From the NCBI RefSeq assembly GCF_964213995.1, contig NC_135808.1, positions 620,001 to 684,000 on the forward strand: a stretch of 64,000 nt of DNA. The letters are read 5' to 3'. Below, one piece after another: positions 51,122 to 64,000 of the stretch. The DNA comes from Mustelus asterias (lineage: Eukaryota). The position numbers and the translations under genes were made by a program. The notes beneath the pieces were generated by a model. The model was not told the origin of the DNA, did not search any database, and saw only the letters and a program-made list of their open reading frames with translations. How positions within the stretch are numbered: position 1 is the first letter of the stretch; the number at the start of each line of letters is the position of its first letter.

Positions 51122-52264
51122 AACCCTCTTACTACATGGGCTTGAGCTCTGCTGGCAAGCCTGTTATGTGGGATTTTAGCAATTGCAAAAGTACGATACT
51201 GTGGATACTGGAAATCTGACATCGGACCAGCAAATGTTGGAAATAGTGGCAGGTCTGGCAGAATCTGTGGAGAGAAATGCTACCTTCCATCACCTCTTCT
51301 CCACGCTATTGTTGATTGGTTTAATGACCATGTGAAAGGTTATGTTCTGATATATTAATTCTATCTCTCTCTCCACAGGCCCGGTGTGTGGATCGGATTT
51401 TGGGAGGGAGGAAGAGAAGGCTTGTATGTGTCCACACATCCTGTGTGTGTGTTTTGCCAGACCTGTTGAGCATTTCCAACATTTTCTGTTTTGACAAAAT
51501 GCTGGTAGTATTCAGCTGGTCTAGCAGCATTCTTGGAGAAAGATTCAGAGTTACCATTTCAAGTTAAAATGATTCTTCTTCAGCAGTTTATGACTTTTCT
51601 TCAGAACTGTTTGAAAGAAGTCATATTCATGTTGAAATTTCAACTGTCTGTCTCTCTCTCCACAGAGAAGCGATTCAGGAAAGTGGCCCATCACAGTGGT
51701 TAGCACCGGGCAGGGACCCAGGTTCAATTCCGGCCTGGGTGACTGTCTGTGTGGAGTTTGCATGTTCACCCCATATCTGCGTGGGTTTTCTCCGACACTT
51801 CAGAGATGTGCAGGTTAGGTGGATTAGCTATGATAAATTCTCCCTTAGTGTCAGGGTGATTAGCAGGGTTAATATGTGAGGTTAGGGAGATAGGGCCTGG
51901 GTGGGATTGTTTTTGGTGTAGGCTCAATGGGCCGAATGGCCCCCTTCTGCACTGTAGGGATTCTATGATTTCAGAGAGCAGTTAAGCATCCATAAGACTT
52001 AGAAGCAGAAGTAGGCCATTCAGCCCATTGAGTCTGCTCTGCTATTCAATGAGATCATAACTGATCTCATGTGATAATCCTCAGCTCCACCTGAGCCCAA
52101 TAACCCTTGATTCCCTTACTGATTAAAAATCTCTCGATCACATTGTTTTGGATCTGGAGTCACATGCACGCTGCACCGGGTAAATTAAGCAGATTGCCTT
52201 CCCTAAAGGATGTTCATTGCAAGGACTAGCTTTTATACTGCAGATTTTATTTTTGGCGGAGTTT

Positions 52265-53300
52265 AGGAACATAAGAACTAGGAGCAGGAGTACACCATCG
52301 GGCTCCTCCAGCTTGCTCCGCCATTCATGGCTGATCTTTTAGTTGACTCAGCTCCACTTACCGGCCCGCTCACTATAACCCTTAATTCTTTACTGTTCAA
52401 AAATCTATCTAGCTTTGCCTCAAAAACCTTAAACGAGGTCGCCTCAACTGCTTCACTGGGCAGGAAATTCCAGATTCACAACCCTTTGGATGAAAAAGTT
52501 CAAAGAACAAAGCAAAGTACAGCACAGGAACAGGCGTAATCAGTGGCGTAACATTTGCTGTTTTCCAATGTGCCAAGACCTCCCCAGAGTCCAGCAAGTT
52601 TTGGTAAATTACCACGGGTGCATTTGCTATTTCCCCGACCATCTCTTTTAGTACACGTGATGCATTCCATCAGGGCCAGGAGACTTGTCTACCTTTAGCC
52701 CCATTAACTTGCCCAACATTACCTCTTTAGTGATCATGATTGTTTCTAGATCTTCACCCACCATAGCTTCCTTGTCATCAATTTTTGGCATGTTATTTAT
52801 GTCTTCCACTGTGAAGACCAACACAAAATACCTGTTCAATGCCTCAGCCATTTCATTTCCCATTATTAAATCCCCCTTCTCACCCTCTAAAGGACCAATG
52901 TTTACCTTAGCCACTTTGTTTCATTTTATATATTTGTAAAAGCGTTTGCTATCTGTTTTTATATTCTGAGCTAGTTTATTCTCTTAATCTATCTTCTTTA
53001 TCGCTCTTCTTGTGGCTTTCTGCTGACCTTTAAAGATTTCCCAATCCTCTAGTTTACCCCTAATCTTTGCCACTTTGTATGCATTTTCTTTCAATGTGAA
53101 ACTTCCTTTATTTCCTCAGATATTCATGACTGATTATCCCTCTTCCTACGGTTCTTACTTTTCACTGCTATATACTTTTGCTGAGCACTGTGAAAAATCG
53201 CTTTGAAAATCCTCCACTGTTCCTCAATTGTCCCACCATAAAGTTTTTGCTCCCAATCTAACTTAGCCAACTCCTATATCATCTTATTGTAGTCTCTTTA
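52265..53300 (-). mobile_element. Degraded CR1 fragments
   Basis: NIGPLEGE...LNRYF...DKSPGPDGMH and WKTANVTPL peptides. Confidence 0.8.
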
Positions 53301-54487
53301 ATTTAAAGTTTTCAAGTTTATTTTGTTAGTGTCACAAGTGGGCTTACATTAACACTGCAATGAAGTTACTGTGAAAATCCCCGAGTTGTCACACTCCGGC
53401 CCTGTTCGGGTACACTGAGGGAGAATTTAGCATGGCCAATCCACCTAATGTGCACATCTTTGGACTGTGGGAGGAAACCAGAGCACCCGGAGGAAACCCA
53501 CGCAGTCACAGGGAGAACGTGCCGACTCCGCACAGACAGTGACCCAAGCTGGGAATTGAATCCGGGTCCTGGCACTGTGAGGCAACAGTGCTGGGCACTG
53601 TGCCACCGTGCCACCCATTTAAGCACAAGACACTGATATTGGATTTTATCTTCTCACCCTCCATCTGTTCTTTAAATTCAACCATACTGTGATCGCTCCT
53701 TCTGAGAGGATCCCGAACTATGAGATCATTAAACCTATGCCTCCAGAGCAATAGCTGGGGTCTGTGGATCTCTGGTCCAGTGCTAATAACTCAACAGCAC
53801 AAACTCCATTTGGAGGCTAAGGTACATAGAAACATAAAAGTGGAGCAGGAGTAGGCCATTCGGCCCTTTGAATCTGCTCCACCATTCAATATGATCATGG
53901 TTAATCCTCTATCTCAACTCCATACTCCCACGATCTCTCCATATCCCTTTGACACCTTTAAAGTTGAGCAATCTATTTCCTCAAATATATTCAGTGATTT
54001 GGCCCCCACCCCTACCCAGCCAGAGGAAACAACATATCTGCATCCAGTCTGTCTAGCCCTGTCAGAATTTTATAGGTTTCAATGAGATCACCCCTCATTC
54101 TTCTAAATTCCAGTGAATACCAGCCCAGTTGATTCTATGACCCAATCTCTCCTCATATGACAATCCCGCCCTCCCAGGAATCAGTCTGGCGAATCTGCCT
54201 TCATCTCCATTTTGGTGCCCCACATTACCCTCACCCATCAAAGAAGTTTAGCTAAGTTAGTAAAACACAAATTTGCCCCGCGGAACCGTAACTCAGGTGC
54301 AGAGAGGCCATTCAGCCCATTGTGTCTGTGCCAGACAAAGAAAAAAATGGAACTGGCCACTCATTTTAATCCCACTATCCAGCATCTGATCCTTCATAAC
54401 CTTGCAGATTAACCTTAATTCAAAGTGGTGTTGTATTATAACAATAGTCATGAAGTAATATATTTTAAACCCCTCAAGAATACCTGA

Positions 54488-55265
54488 AGGAAATTTGGCA
54501 TGTCCGCTACGGCTCTCACCAATTTTTACAGATGCACCAGAAAGCATCCTTTCTGGTTGTATCACAGCTTGGTATGACTCCTGCTCTGCCCAAGAGCACA
54601 AGAAACTACAAAGGGTTGTGATGTAGCCCAATCTAACGCGTAAACCAGTCTCCATCCATTGATTCTGTCTACACTTCCTACTGCCTCGGAAAAGCAGCCA
54701 GCATAATTAAGGACCCCACACACCCCGGACATTCTCTCTTCCACCTTCTTCCGTCGGGAAAAAGATACAAAAGTCTGAGATCACATACCAACCAACTTAA
54801 GAACAACTTCTTCCCTGTGGCTGTCAGACTTTTGAATGGACCTACCTCACATTAAGTTGATCTTTCTCTACACCCTAGTTATGACTGTAACACTACATTC
54901 TCCACTCTCTCCTTTCCTTCTCTATGAACGGTATGCTTTGTCTGTATAGCAGACGAGAAACAATACTTTTCACTGTATACTAATACATAGAACATAGAAC
55001 AGTACAGCACAGAACAGGCCCTTCGGCCCACGATGTTGTGCCGACCTTCATCTGAAACCAAGATCAAGCTATCCCACTCCCTACCATCCTGGTGTGCTCC
55101 ATGTGCCTATCCAATAACCGCTTAAATGATCCTAAAGTGTCTGACTCCACTATCACTGCAGGCAGTCCATTCCACACCCCAACCACTCTCTGCGTGAAGA
55201 ACCTACCTCTGATATCCTTCCTATATCTCCCACCATGAACCCTACAGGTGACAATAATAAATCAA
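54488..55265 (+). mobile_element. Rex1-like 3' fragment with a CR1 3' end (~54988-55247, minus) inserted in its tail
   Basis: Homologous to 3062-3792. The tail taatacat|gtgacaataataaatcaa is split by the insert. Confidence 0.75.
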
Positions 55266-55429
55266 TAGTTTGGGTTTAGCCCAATCCAGAGGAATTTGCT
55301 TCAAAAGCTGTTTTTGCTTTTCCCCAATTCATTCGCTTTATCAAGAGGTGATGAGTTGATAATAAATGGATTGGAGCCGGAAGAAGCCAGGCTGTCATTC
55401 AGTTGACGGAGTGTCGTGATAGCTTGGCT

Positions 55430-56267
<838 letters not shown>

Positions 56268-57689
56268 TAGAATGCATGCTGTACAGAAGGAGGCCGTTCG
56301 TCCCATTGAATGAACCGACTCTGACAGAACATCTTACCCAGGCCGCCTTTCTGCTGTCCCATCCCCATCACCCCTCCTTGCTTCCCTCCTGTAGACTTGC
56401 AATATGTTTTTCTCTTATGTGCTTACCTAGTTCTATTGGCCTTGGGTGGGGCAAGGGGTGCCACTGACCTCGGGTGGGGTGAGGGACGCTGCTGGCCTTG
56501 AGTGGGGCAAGGGGCACTGCTGGTCTTGGGTGGGCAATGGTGGATGTTTATTCAACCTGGTTGATGTCTGGGATCTGAAGACGAATTTGAAACTAGGCAG
56601 GAATTTGCTCCTGGATTAGCAATGCAGAGATGAGTTCAAATTCCACTTGTGATATTGTGAAACTGAGGTCAACAAAGCTTTTATGCAGTTTGGGCTTCTG
56701 CCAGAAAATGATCACAACAGCTGCCAGGTTATTGCAAAATAGAAAGAATGGCTTGCATTTATACTTCTTCCACAACCTTTAAAGATGTCCTGTAGTAGTT
56801 AAAACTGCTGCCTCACAGCACCAGGGGCCCGGGTTCGATTCCTGGCTTGGGTCACTGTCTGTGCAGAGTCTGCATGTTCTCCCTGTGTCTGCGTGGGTTT
56901 CCTCCAGGTGCTCCGGTTTCCTCCCAAAGTCTGAAAGACGTGCTGGTTAGGCACACTGGCCATGCTAAATTCTCCCTCAGTGTACCTGAACGGTGCCGGT
57001 TGTGATGACTGGGGGATTTTCACAGTAACTTCATTGCAGTGTTAATGTAAGCCTTCTTGTAACTAACAAATAAACTTAAAAGTGTAACCACTGTTGTAAT
57101 ATGAAAAACGAGGCTGTGAATTTGTGGGCAACAATTTTTATTCATAGAATCCCTACACTGCAGAAGGAGGCCATTTGGCCCATCGTGTCTGCACCAACTC
57201 TCCACCATCCCACCCACATCCTATCCCCATAACCCCATGTATTCACCCCACTAATCCCTAACCTATGCATCTTTGGACACTAAGGGGTAAATTACCATGG
57301 CCAATCCCTCTAAACAACACATCCTGGGATGCTAAGGGGAAATTTAGCATAGCCAATCCACCACCTTTCACATCTTTGGACTCAGAGAGGAAACCCATGC
57401 GCAGACAGGGAGAACGTGCAAACTCCGCATTGTCTCCCAAAGCCAGAATTGGACCCGGGTCCCTATCGCTGTGAGGTAGCAGTGCTAACCACTCTGCTAT
57501 GGGGTGTGGTGAGGGGTAAATATAAGCCCAGCAGTGGGGAGAATTTCAACACCATGGAATCCTTTATGTCTATCTGGCTGAACTGTCAGCGCCTGCATCA
57601 GTTTAAGGTCTCATTTGAAATATCTCTCTCCCCTTCCCCTGAAACTGCAGCACTTCCACACTGAGAACTTCAGATTTTCTTCTGTTGCA

Positions 57690-59560
57690 AATGAACAAGA
57701 GGGAAATTAGAAGGGCAAGAAGGGGTCATGAGAAGGCCTTGGCAGACAGGATAAAGGAAAACCCCAAGGCATTCTACAAGTATGTTAAGAGCAAGAAGAT
57801 AAGATGTGACGGAGTAGGACCTATCAAATGTGACGGTGGGAAAGTCTGTATAGAAATAGCAGAGGTACTCAATGAATACTTTACTTCAGTATTCACAGTG
57901 GAAAAGGATCTTGGTAGTTGCAGTGCAGACTTGCAGTGGACTGAGAAGATTGAGCATGTGGACATTAGGAAAGAGGATGTGTTGGAGCTTTTGAAAAGCA
58001 TCAAGTTGGATAAATCACCGGGACCGGATGGGATGTACCCCAGGTTACTGTGGGAGGCGAGGGAAGAGATTGCTGAGCCTCTGGCGATGATCTTTGCGTC
58101 ATCAATGGAGATGGGAGAGGCTCCGGAGGATTGCGGATGTGGTTCCATTATTCAAGAAAGAGAGAAGAGATAGCCTGGGAAATTATAGACGATGAGTCTA
58201 ACCTCAGTGGTTGGTAAGTTGATGGAGAAGATCCTGAGGGGCAGGATTTATGAACATCTGGAGAGGAATAGTATGATCAGAAATAGCCAGCACGGCTTTG
58301 TCCGAGGCAGATCATGCCTTACAAGCCTAATTGAATTTTTTGAAGATGTAACTAGACACATAGACGAGGGAAGAGCGGTAGATGTGGTTTATATGGATTT
58401 CAGCAAGGCGTTTGATAAGGTGCCCCATGCAAGGCTTATTGAGAAAGTGAAGGGGCATGGGATACAAGGGGACATTGCCTTGTGGATTCAGAACTGGCTT
58501 GCCCACAGAAGGCAAAGAGTGGTTGTAGATGGGTCTTTTTCAGCATGGAGGTCGGTCACCAGTGGAGTGCCCCAGGGATCTGTTCTGGGACCCTTGCTCT
58601 TTGTGATTTTTATAAATGACCTGGATGAGGAAGTGGAAGGATGGGTTGGCAAGTTTGCTGATGACACAAAGGTTGGTGGTGTTGTGGATAGTGTAGAGGG
58701 ATGTCAGCAGTTGCAACGAGACATAGATAAGATGCAAGACTGGGTGGAGAAGTGGCAGATGGACTTCAACCCAGATAAGTGTGTGGTGGTTCATTTTGGC
58801 AGGTCAAATAGGATGAAAGAATATAATATTAAGGGTAAGACGCTTGGCAGTGTGGAAGATCAGAAGGATCTTGGGGTCTGGGTTCATGGGACGCTCAAAG
58901 CAGTGTCACAGGTAGAGGCTGTGGTTAAGAAGGTGTATGGAATACTGGCCTTCATCAATAGAGGAATTGAGTTTAGAAATCGGGAGATAATGCTGCAGCT
59001 GTATAGGACCCTGGTCAGACCCCACCTGGAGTACTGTGCCCAGTTCTGGTCGCCTCATTACAGAAAGGATGTGGAAGCCATAGAAAGGGTGTAGAGGAGA
59101 TTTACAAGGATGTTGCCTGGATTAAGTGGCATGCCTTATGAGGATAGGTTGAGAGAGCTAGGTCCTTTCTCCTTGGAGAAGCGAAGGATGAGAGGTGACT
59201 TGATAGAGGTGTATAAGATGTTGAGAGGTATTGATAGAGTGGATTCTCAGAGGCTTTTATCCAGGGCTGAAATGATTGCCACAAGAGGTCACAGGTTTAG
59301 GGTGCTGGGGAGTAGCTACAGAGGAGATGTTAGGGGTAAGTTTTTCACTCGGAGAGGGTGGTGGGTGCGTGGAATTGGCTGCCGGTAGTGGTGGTGGAGG
59401 CGGATTTGAAAGGGTCTTTTAAGAGACTTTTGGATAAGTTCATGGAAGTTAGTAAGATAGAGGGTTATCAGTAAGCCTAGTAGGTAGGGACATGTTCGGC
59501 GCAACTTGTGGGCCGAAAGGCCTGTTTGTGCTGTAGCTTTGCTATGTCCTATGTTCTATG
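57690..59560 (+). mobile_element. 5'-truncated CR1 LINE in TRIM intron 1
   Basis: 300-aa RT frame 58192-59094, flanking frames and a CR1 tail. Confidence 0.93.
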
Positions 59561-60151
59561 GTGCACCAATGTTGTTTAGAATCCAAACCAACCTGGATAT
59601 AGTCATGTCATGGTTACATTACTGAGCTAATAAGTCGGAGAGTGTGAGGTGACGTGCCACCATGGCTGATTGAGATTTTGCATTCATGTAATGAAAAGAC
59701 CTGGAAATAATAATGAAAAAGGAACTGGTGCGGTATGAGTGATGGCAAAGTTTCTGGATTGTAAAACAGGCTCTCGTAACAGATTTGAAAGTGACTCCTG
59801 AAGGTTAAGAGCTGTTTTCATTTGCTGTACAAAGCACCTTGGTGTTGAGCATAAACAAAGGTATTTGGCGTTGCTGTTTGTGAGAGCTTACTGTGTTCAA
59901 ATTGACTGATGGGTGTGTCCTACATTTCAACAGTCACATCATTGTCTGTAAAGAACTCTGGAAGTCCTGAAGTTGTGAAAGCTGTTATGTAAATGCAGTT
60001 CTGTCTTTTCGCAAGGTTCTGTAGGGTGTGCTTTAATAGATCCATCTATCCGTGCTCTCATTGCCCTAGTCTAAGCATAGTCATCTTCGCCTTCAAAACA
60101 CATAGACCCTGATAACGGAATTATTGTGCATATGATTATCTCTGTTCACAG

Positions 60152-60455
60152 GGACTGCATCACCAAACACTGGGTGCAGCAGGGTCAGTTGATTTGTGCG
60201 ACTTGCTCCGATATCTCTCCGTCGAGTGCCTTGAAAAGTAACCACAAGCTGTCAAACGTGGTGGCGACGGTGTGCAAAGAGCACGCCCGGCTGGAGGAGA
60301 ATGTACCGGGTCAGCACACCTGTCCAGACCACCAGCGTAAGATGGAACGTTTTTGTGTCACCGACTGCGAGGTTATCTGCCTGGACTGCAGGGACTCGAG
60401 GAAGCACTTGCACCACGATGTCCTCAATGTGCAGGAGGCCGCTGAAGAGTTTAAG
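60152..60455 (+). CDS. TRIM gene coding exon 2: end of RING plus B-box 2
   Basis: cacag|g-DCITKHW...ICATC...NHKLSNVV...CPDHQRKMERFCVTDCEVICLDCRDSRKHLHHDV...EEFK|gtactg. Phase matches exon 1. Confidence 0.92.
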
Positions 60456-60649
60456 GTACTGAGTATAACCCCCACCTCCCCTTCTCTTTCACCCAGTTAG
60501 TAATTTACATCTAGATCCCCCCCTCTCCACCCCCCAGACACCCGAGGTCCTGGCTCACTTGGTACTCGGTCCGCACCAGCAGTCCTCAGGTAAAATGGGA
60601 TTATAATAACTTTCCCTTTCCCGCCCCCTTCTTCCTTGTTCTCCCACTC

Positions 60650-61730
60650 CCCCCTCACACTGCCCATAATGAGGTCGGGAGCCAAGTGGTCCTGGTGGAA
60701 CTCCAGTGCGCTATTGCTGCATGAGTGGGTCTGGATGGCGCTGTCAGTGGCACCTTTTGTCCTTCTGCTTGTGTTTGAGAGTAGACTAGTAATTGGCCAG
60801 GTTGGATTTGGCCTGTTTCTTTTGTACAGGACAAAGCCGGGTGATTTTCCATATTATCGGGTAAATGCCAGTGTCGTAGCTGGCATCTGGGAACAGCTTT
60901 GTTTGGGACATGGCTAGTTCTGGGGCACAGGCCTTCAGTACTATTGCCAATATTGTCAAGGCCCTTTGCAGTATCAGCACCTTCAGCCGTTTCTTGATAT
61001 CTCATGGAGTGAATCAAATTGACTGAAGACTGGGGACCTCTGGAGGAGGCTGAGATCCATTTAGCATTTCTGTCTGTAGCTGTCTGCAAATGCTTCAGCC
61101 TTGTCTTTCGCTCGAATGTGCTGGGCTCCTCCATTATTGAGATGGGGATATTTGTGCAGCTGGTAATGGTAAGGTGGGATATGTTCTGGGCCGGGAAGAT
61201 GCCCAGTCTGGAGTTGCTAGATCTGTTTGGAATCTATCCCATTTAGCACATTGGTAGTGCTGCACAACACAGTGCAAGATGCGAAGATGGGTTTTTGTCT
61301 CCACAAGGACTGTACGGCTGTCACTCCCACCCATATTATCATGGACAAATGCATCTGCGACAGGTAGGTTAATAGGTCTAATAGGTTTTCCCTTCTGTTG
61401 GCTCCCTCACCACCTGCTGCAGATCCAGTCTAGCAGCTAAGTCCTTTAGGATCCGACCAGCTCGGTCTGTGGTGGAACTACTGAGTTACTCATGGCGATG
61501 GATATTGAATCCCCCCACCCAGAGTACGTTCTGCCCCCTTCCCACCCTCAGTGCTTCCTCCAAGTATTCAACATGGATCCATAAGCAGAGGGAGGGAGAT
61601 ACGTGGTAATCAGCAGGAGGATTCCTTGCCCATGTTTGACTTGGTGCCAGGAGATTTCATGGAATCGTGAGTCAATGTTGAGGACTTCTCGGACAACTCC
61701 CTCCCCACTGATACTTGTGTCTGAATTCGG
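60650..61730 (-). mobile_element. Degraded LINE ORF2 fragment (endonuclease/pre-RT region)
   Basis: HEISWHQVKHGQGILLLITTYLPPS and LKACAPELA...GIYPIIWK...SNLANY peptides. Confidence 0.65.
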
Positions 61731-61843
61731 AATAGTTCCATTCCCTAACACTAACGTCCCTTTTTAAAATTCCTGCTATAATATCAGTGCATCTCCTGTT
61801 CCTTCATGCCCTCGGTACATTGTGATTTAATCTTTTCACTTAG

Positions 61844-61939
61844 GCACAACTTCAGAAGTCCGTGACCAAACTGCAGACTTTGATTGAAAAGCGCAATGCA
61901 GCAAAAAGCAAATATGAAGGCCTGTTGGAGGAGATCTTG
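61844..61939 (+). CDS. TRIM gene coding exon 3: 96-nt coiled-coil exon (gene continues beyond the window)
   Basis: cacttag|AQLQKSVTKLQTLIEKRNAAKSKYEGLLEEIL|gtaagt. A 96-nt phase-0 exon is typical after the B-box in PRY-SPRY-class TRIMs. Confidence 0.88.
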
Positions 61940-62786
61940 GTAAGTGAGTTTGCTTCGTACAGACTTTATCCAGCAATTTGATTCTATGTTAAACTTGTGA
62001 TACAAGTTGCATTTGTATACATGGTGTTTTAGTATCACTGAATCTTACACCGTCGGAGGAAATCACTGTGTGCCCTCTGGTTATCGACCTTTGGATCACT
62101 GGAGCCAAGTTTCATTTTATTCCCTCAGTCTAAACTCTTTGTGACCTTTGGGCTTTAAAACATCATCTCGACAAAATCTGAGCACAAGTTGTAAATTTTA
62201 TACCTTTGTTCCTGTGGGGAAGCCAGTTAACTGGCGACCTCGTAGAGACCTGGCAGATACTCATAGGAATTGCTAGGTGCGCAAATAACCCAGTTGAATT
62301 GTGGAGTGAAATGATACAGCAGCAACCAAGTTGTTGGCTAATTATAGCGATTAAGATTTGGCAATTAGTCTGCAGCAGATCTCGACATGAGGCGAGAGAA
62401 AACTCCCAGTGATGGCATGCTTTGAAAACCATTGGCCCAAAGTCACCTTTTACTTCTCGAGCCTGCAACACTTGCCTCGTTCCATGTCTCAGGTTATTCC
62501 CATACTTCATTCCAAAATGATATGTTCAGTAAAAAAAATGATGCTTTGTGTATGATTGAAGTCGATGCATTTGAAGAACGATTGGGCTCATCTATCCAAA
62601 GATAGCCTATACTGTCTTCTCAATAGTGTTAACACACAGGCCAGAAACTCCAAGGTGTTTTGTGAAGTTGGCCTAGACCCTAAGTTTTAAATTTGATTTT
62701 GGCACTAGTGAGCATAACATGTTTCACTACAGGTATGATTCCAGTGACCCACTAGGAAGCTTTTATCAAAATAGACTTCACAGTTA

Positions 62787-63132
62787 GAATTTTGATTTAT
62801 TACTGTCACATGTATTAGTATACAGTGAAAAGTATTGTTTCTTGCACGCTGTACAGACAAAGCATACTGTCCATAGAGAAGGAAAGGAGAGAGTACAGAA
62901 TGTAGTGTTACAGTCATAGCTAGGGTGCAGGGAAAGATCAACTTCATATGAGGTAGGTCAATTGAAAAGTCTTGACAGCAGCAGGGAAGAAGCTGTTCTT
63001 GAGTCGGTTGATACGTGACCTCAGACTTTTGTATCTTTTTCCCGACGGAAGAAGATGGAAGAGAGAATGTCTGGGGTGCGTGGGGTCCTTAATTATGCTG
63101 GCTGCTTTGCTGAGGCAACGGGAAGTGTTGAC
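62787..63132 (-). mobile_element. Rex1-like 3' fragment
   Basis: KAASIIKDPTHPRHSLFHLLPSGKRY...RLKNSFFP. Confidence 0.78.
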
Positions 63133-64000
63133 AGAGAAGACAGAATTAATATAGCTTTTACCAATTACAAAACTTAAACATGTCACAGTATAACTCTTAA
63201 CAGCTAGCTATCTTTGTCATTCCAATTTAAAGCAATATCCCATAGACATGCACTCTTTTTCAGAATTAGCACAAAAACAAGTATGCTCATGTGATGCCGG
63301 ATTTCCAGCTTTTTAACGCCTATTGACAGAGAACCTGACGGCAGTTTTCAGACAAGGATATATCCTCAAAACAGCAAAACTCCAGAGAAGCAAACCCACC
63401 CTCTGGCAGTTCCCAGCCTCCAACTTCAAAGAGGGGTAAAGAGGGAAACATCTCTCTGTTAACTCAAAAGCAGTCTCTGAGCTTGAATATTCTGTGTAAA
63501 ATCAGCTTCCCCATTACATGACCATACCTGCCAATCATCCCAATGAAGCCCTACTCTGCAAAATCCCAGAGAAAAACAACAGAGCAGCATGAGTTCAGAT
63601 TAAACCCAACGTTCTAGCCACTAGAAACAATTAGGCTGCTGCGACAGCAATAGAGGATGCCGGTAAACAGGATGTCAGGGACTGCTCGAAACATCCTGCA
63701 GAACAACATGTTAAAATACATTTCTTAAAGGCACAGCATCGTCACAATAGCATCCCATCTCTTTCAGAAACCAGTTCAGCTTTTTGTCTTCACTTCTATG
63801 TGGAGGTCCATTGCACACATTGGTGATTTCACTTCGCTGGTCTTTCATTGGCGCCCCTCCTTCTGCTTCCCTGTGAAATAGTTTTCCTGAAGCTCGACGC
63901 CATCCAGGACAAGACTGTCCGCTTGGTCACCACCCCTTAAATATTCACAATGTGCGGGGGCATGAGAGTCCTTTACGGAGTCTCATTGATGTTCGAAGCG

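Noticed and set aside
44600-55400. SNORD48/SNORD52 host gene expected from mammalian synteny
   Set aside because: No matching C/D box snoRNA recognised by eye. A covariance-model search would be needed to exclude it.

Overview
Eukaryotic, repeat-rich vertebrate DNA, most likely from a shark or other elasmobranch (HE1/V-SINE-type SINEs plus abundant CR1 LINEs). It resembles part of the MHC class III region. It holds a complete 5-exon LSM2 gene (minus strand, 95 aa) and three tandem minus-strand cytosolic HSP70 genes with uninterrupted coding sequences, the first crossing a 136-N gap. It also holds the first three coding exons of a plus-strand RING/B-box/coiled-coil TRIM gene. Much of the remaining sequence is nested retroelements (CR1, Rex1/Babar-like, a second LINE family, two tRNA-SINE families, a Penelope-like GIY-YIG fragment). 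The most notable unannotated signal is a cluster at 35.4-41.2 kb of short palindromic Penelope-derived elements flanked by direct repeats, carrying minimal hammerhead ribozyme motifs, with covarying stem II. Other points: a ~0.9 kb inverted duplication bracketing the 31-nt LSM2 exon 3, a candidate poison exon in LSM2, mosaic gene conversion and promoter divergence among the HSP70s (including a K56M-equivalent change), and an intron inside the TRIM RING domain. All alignments and counts were made by eye, and repeat boundaries are approximate.
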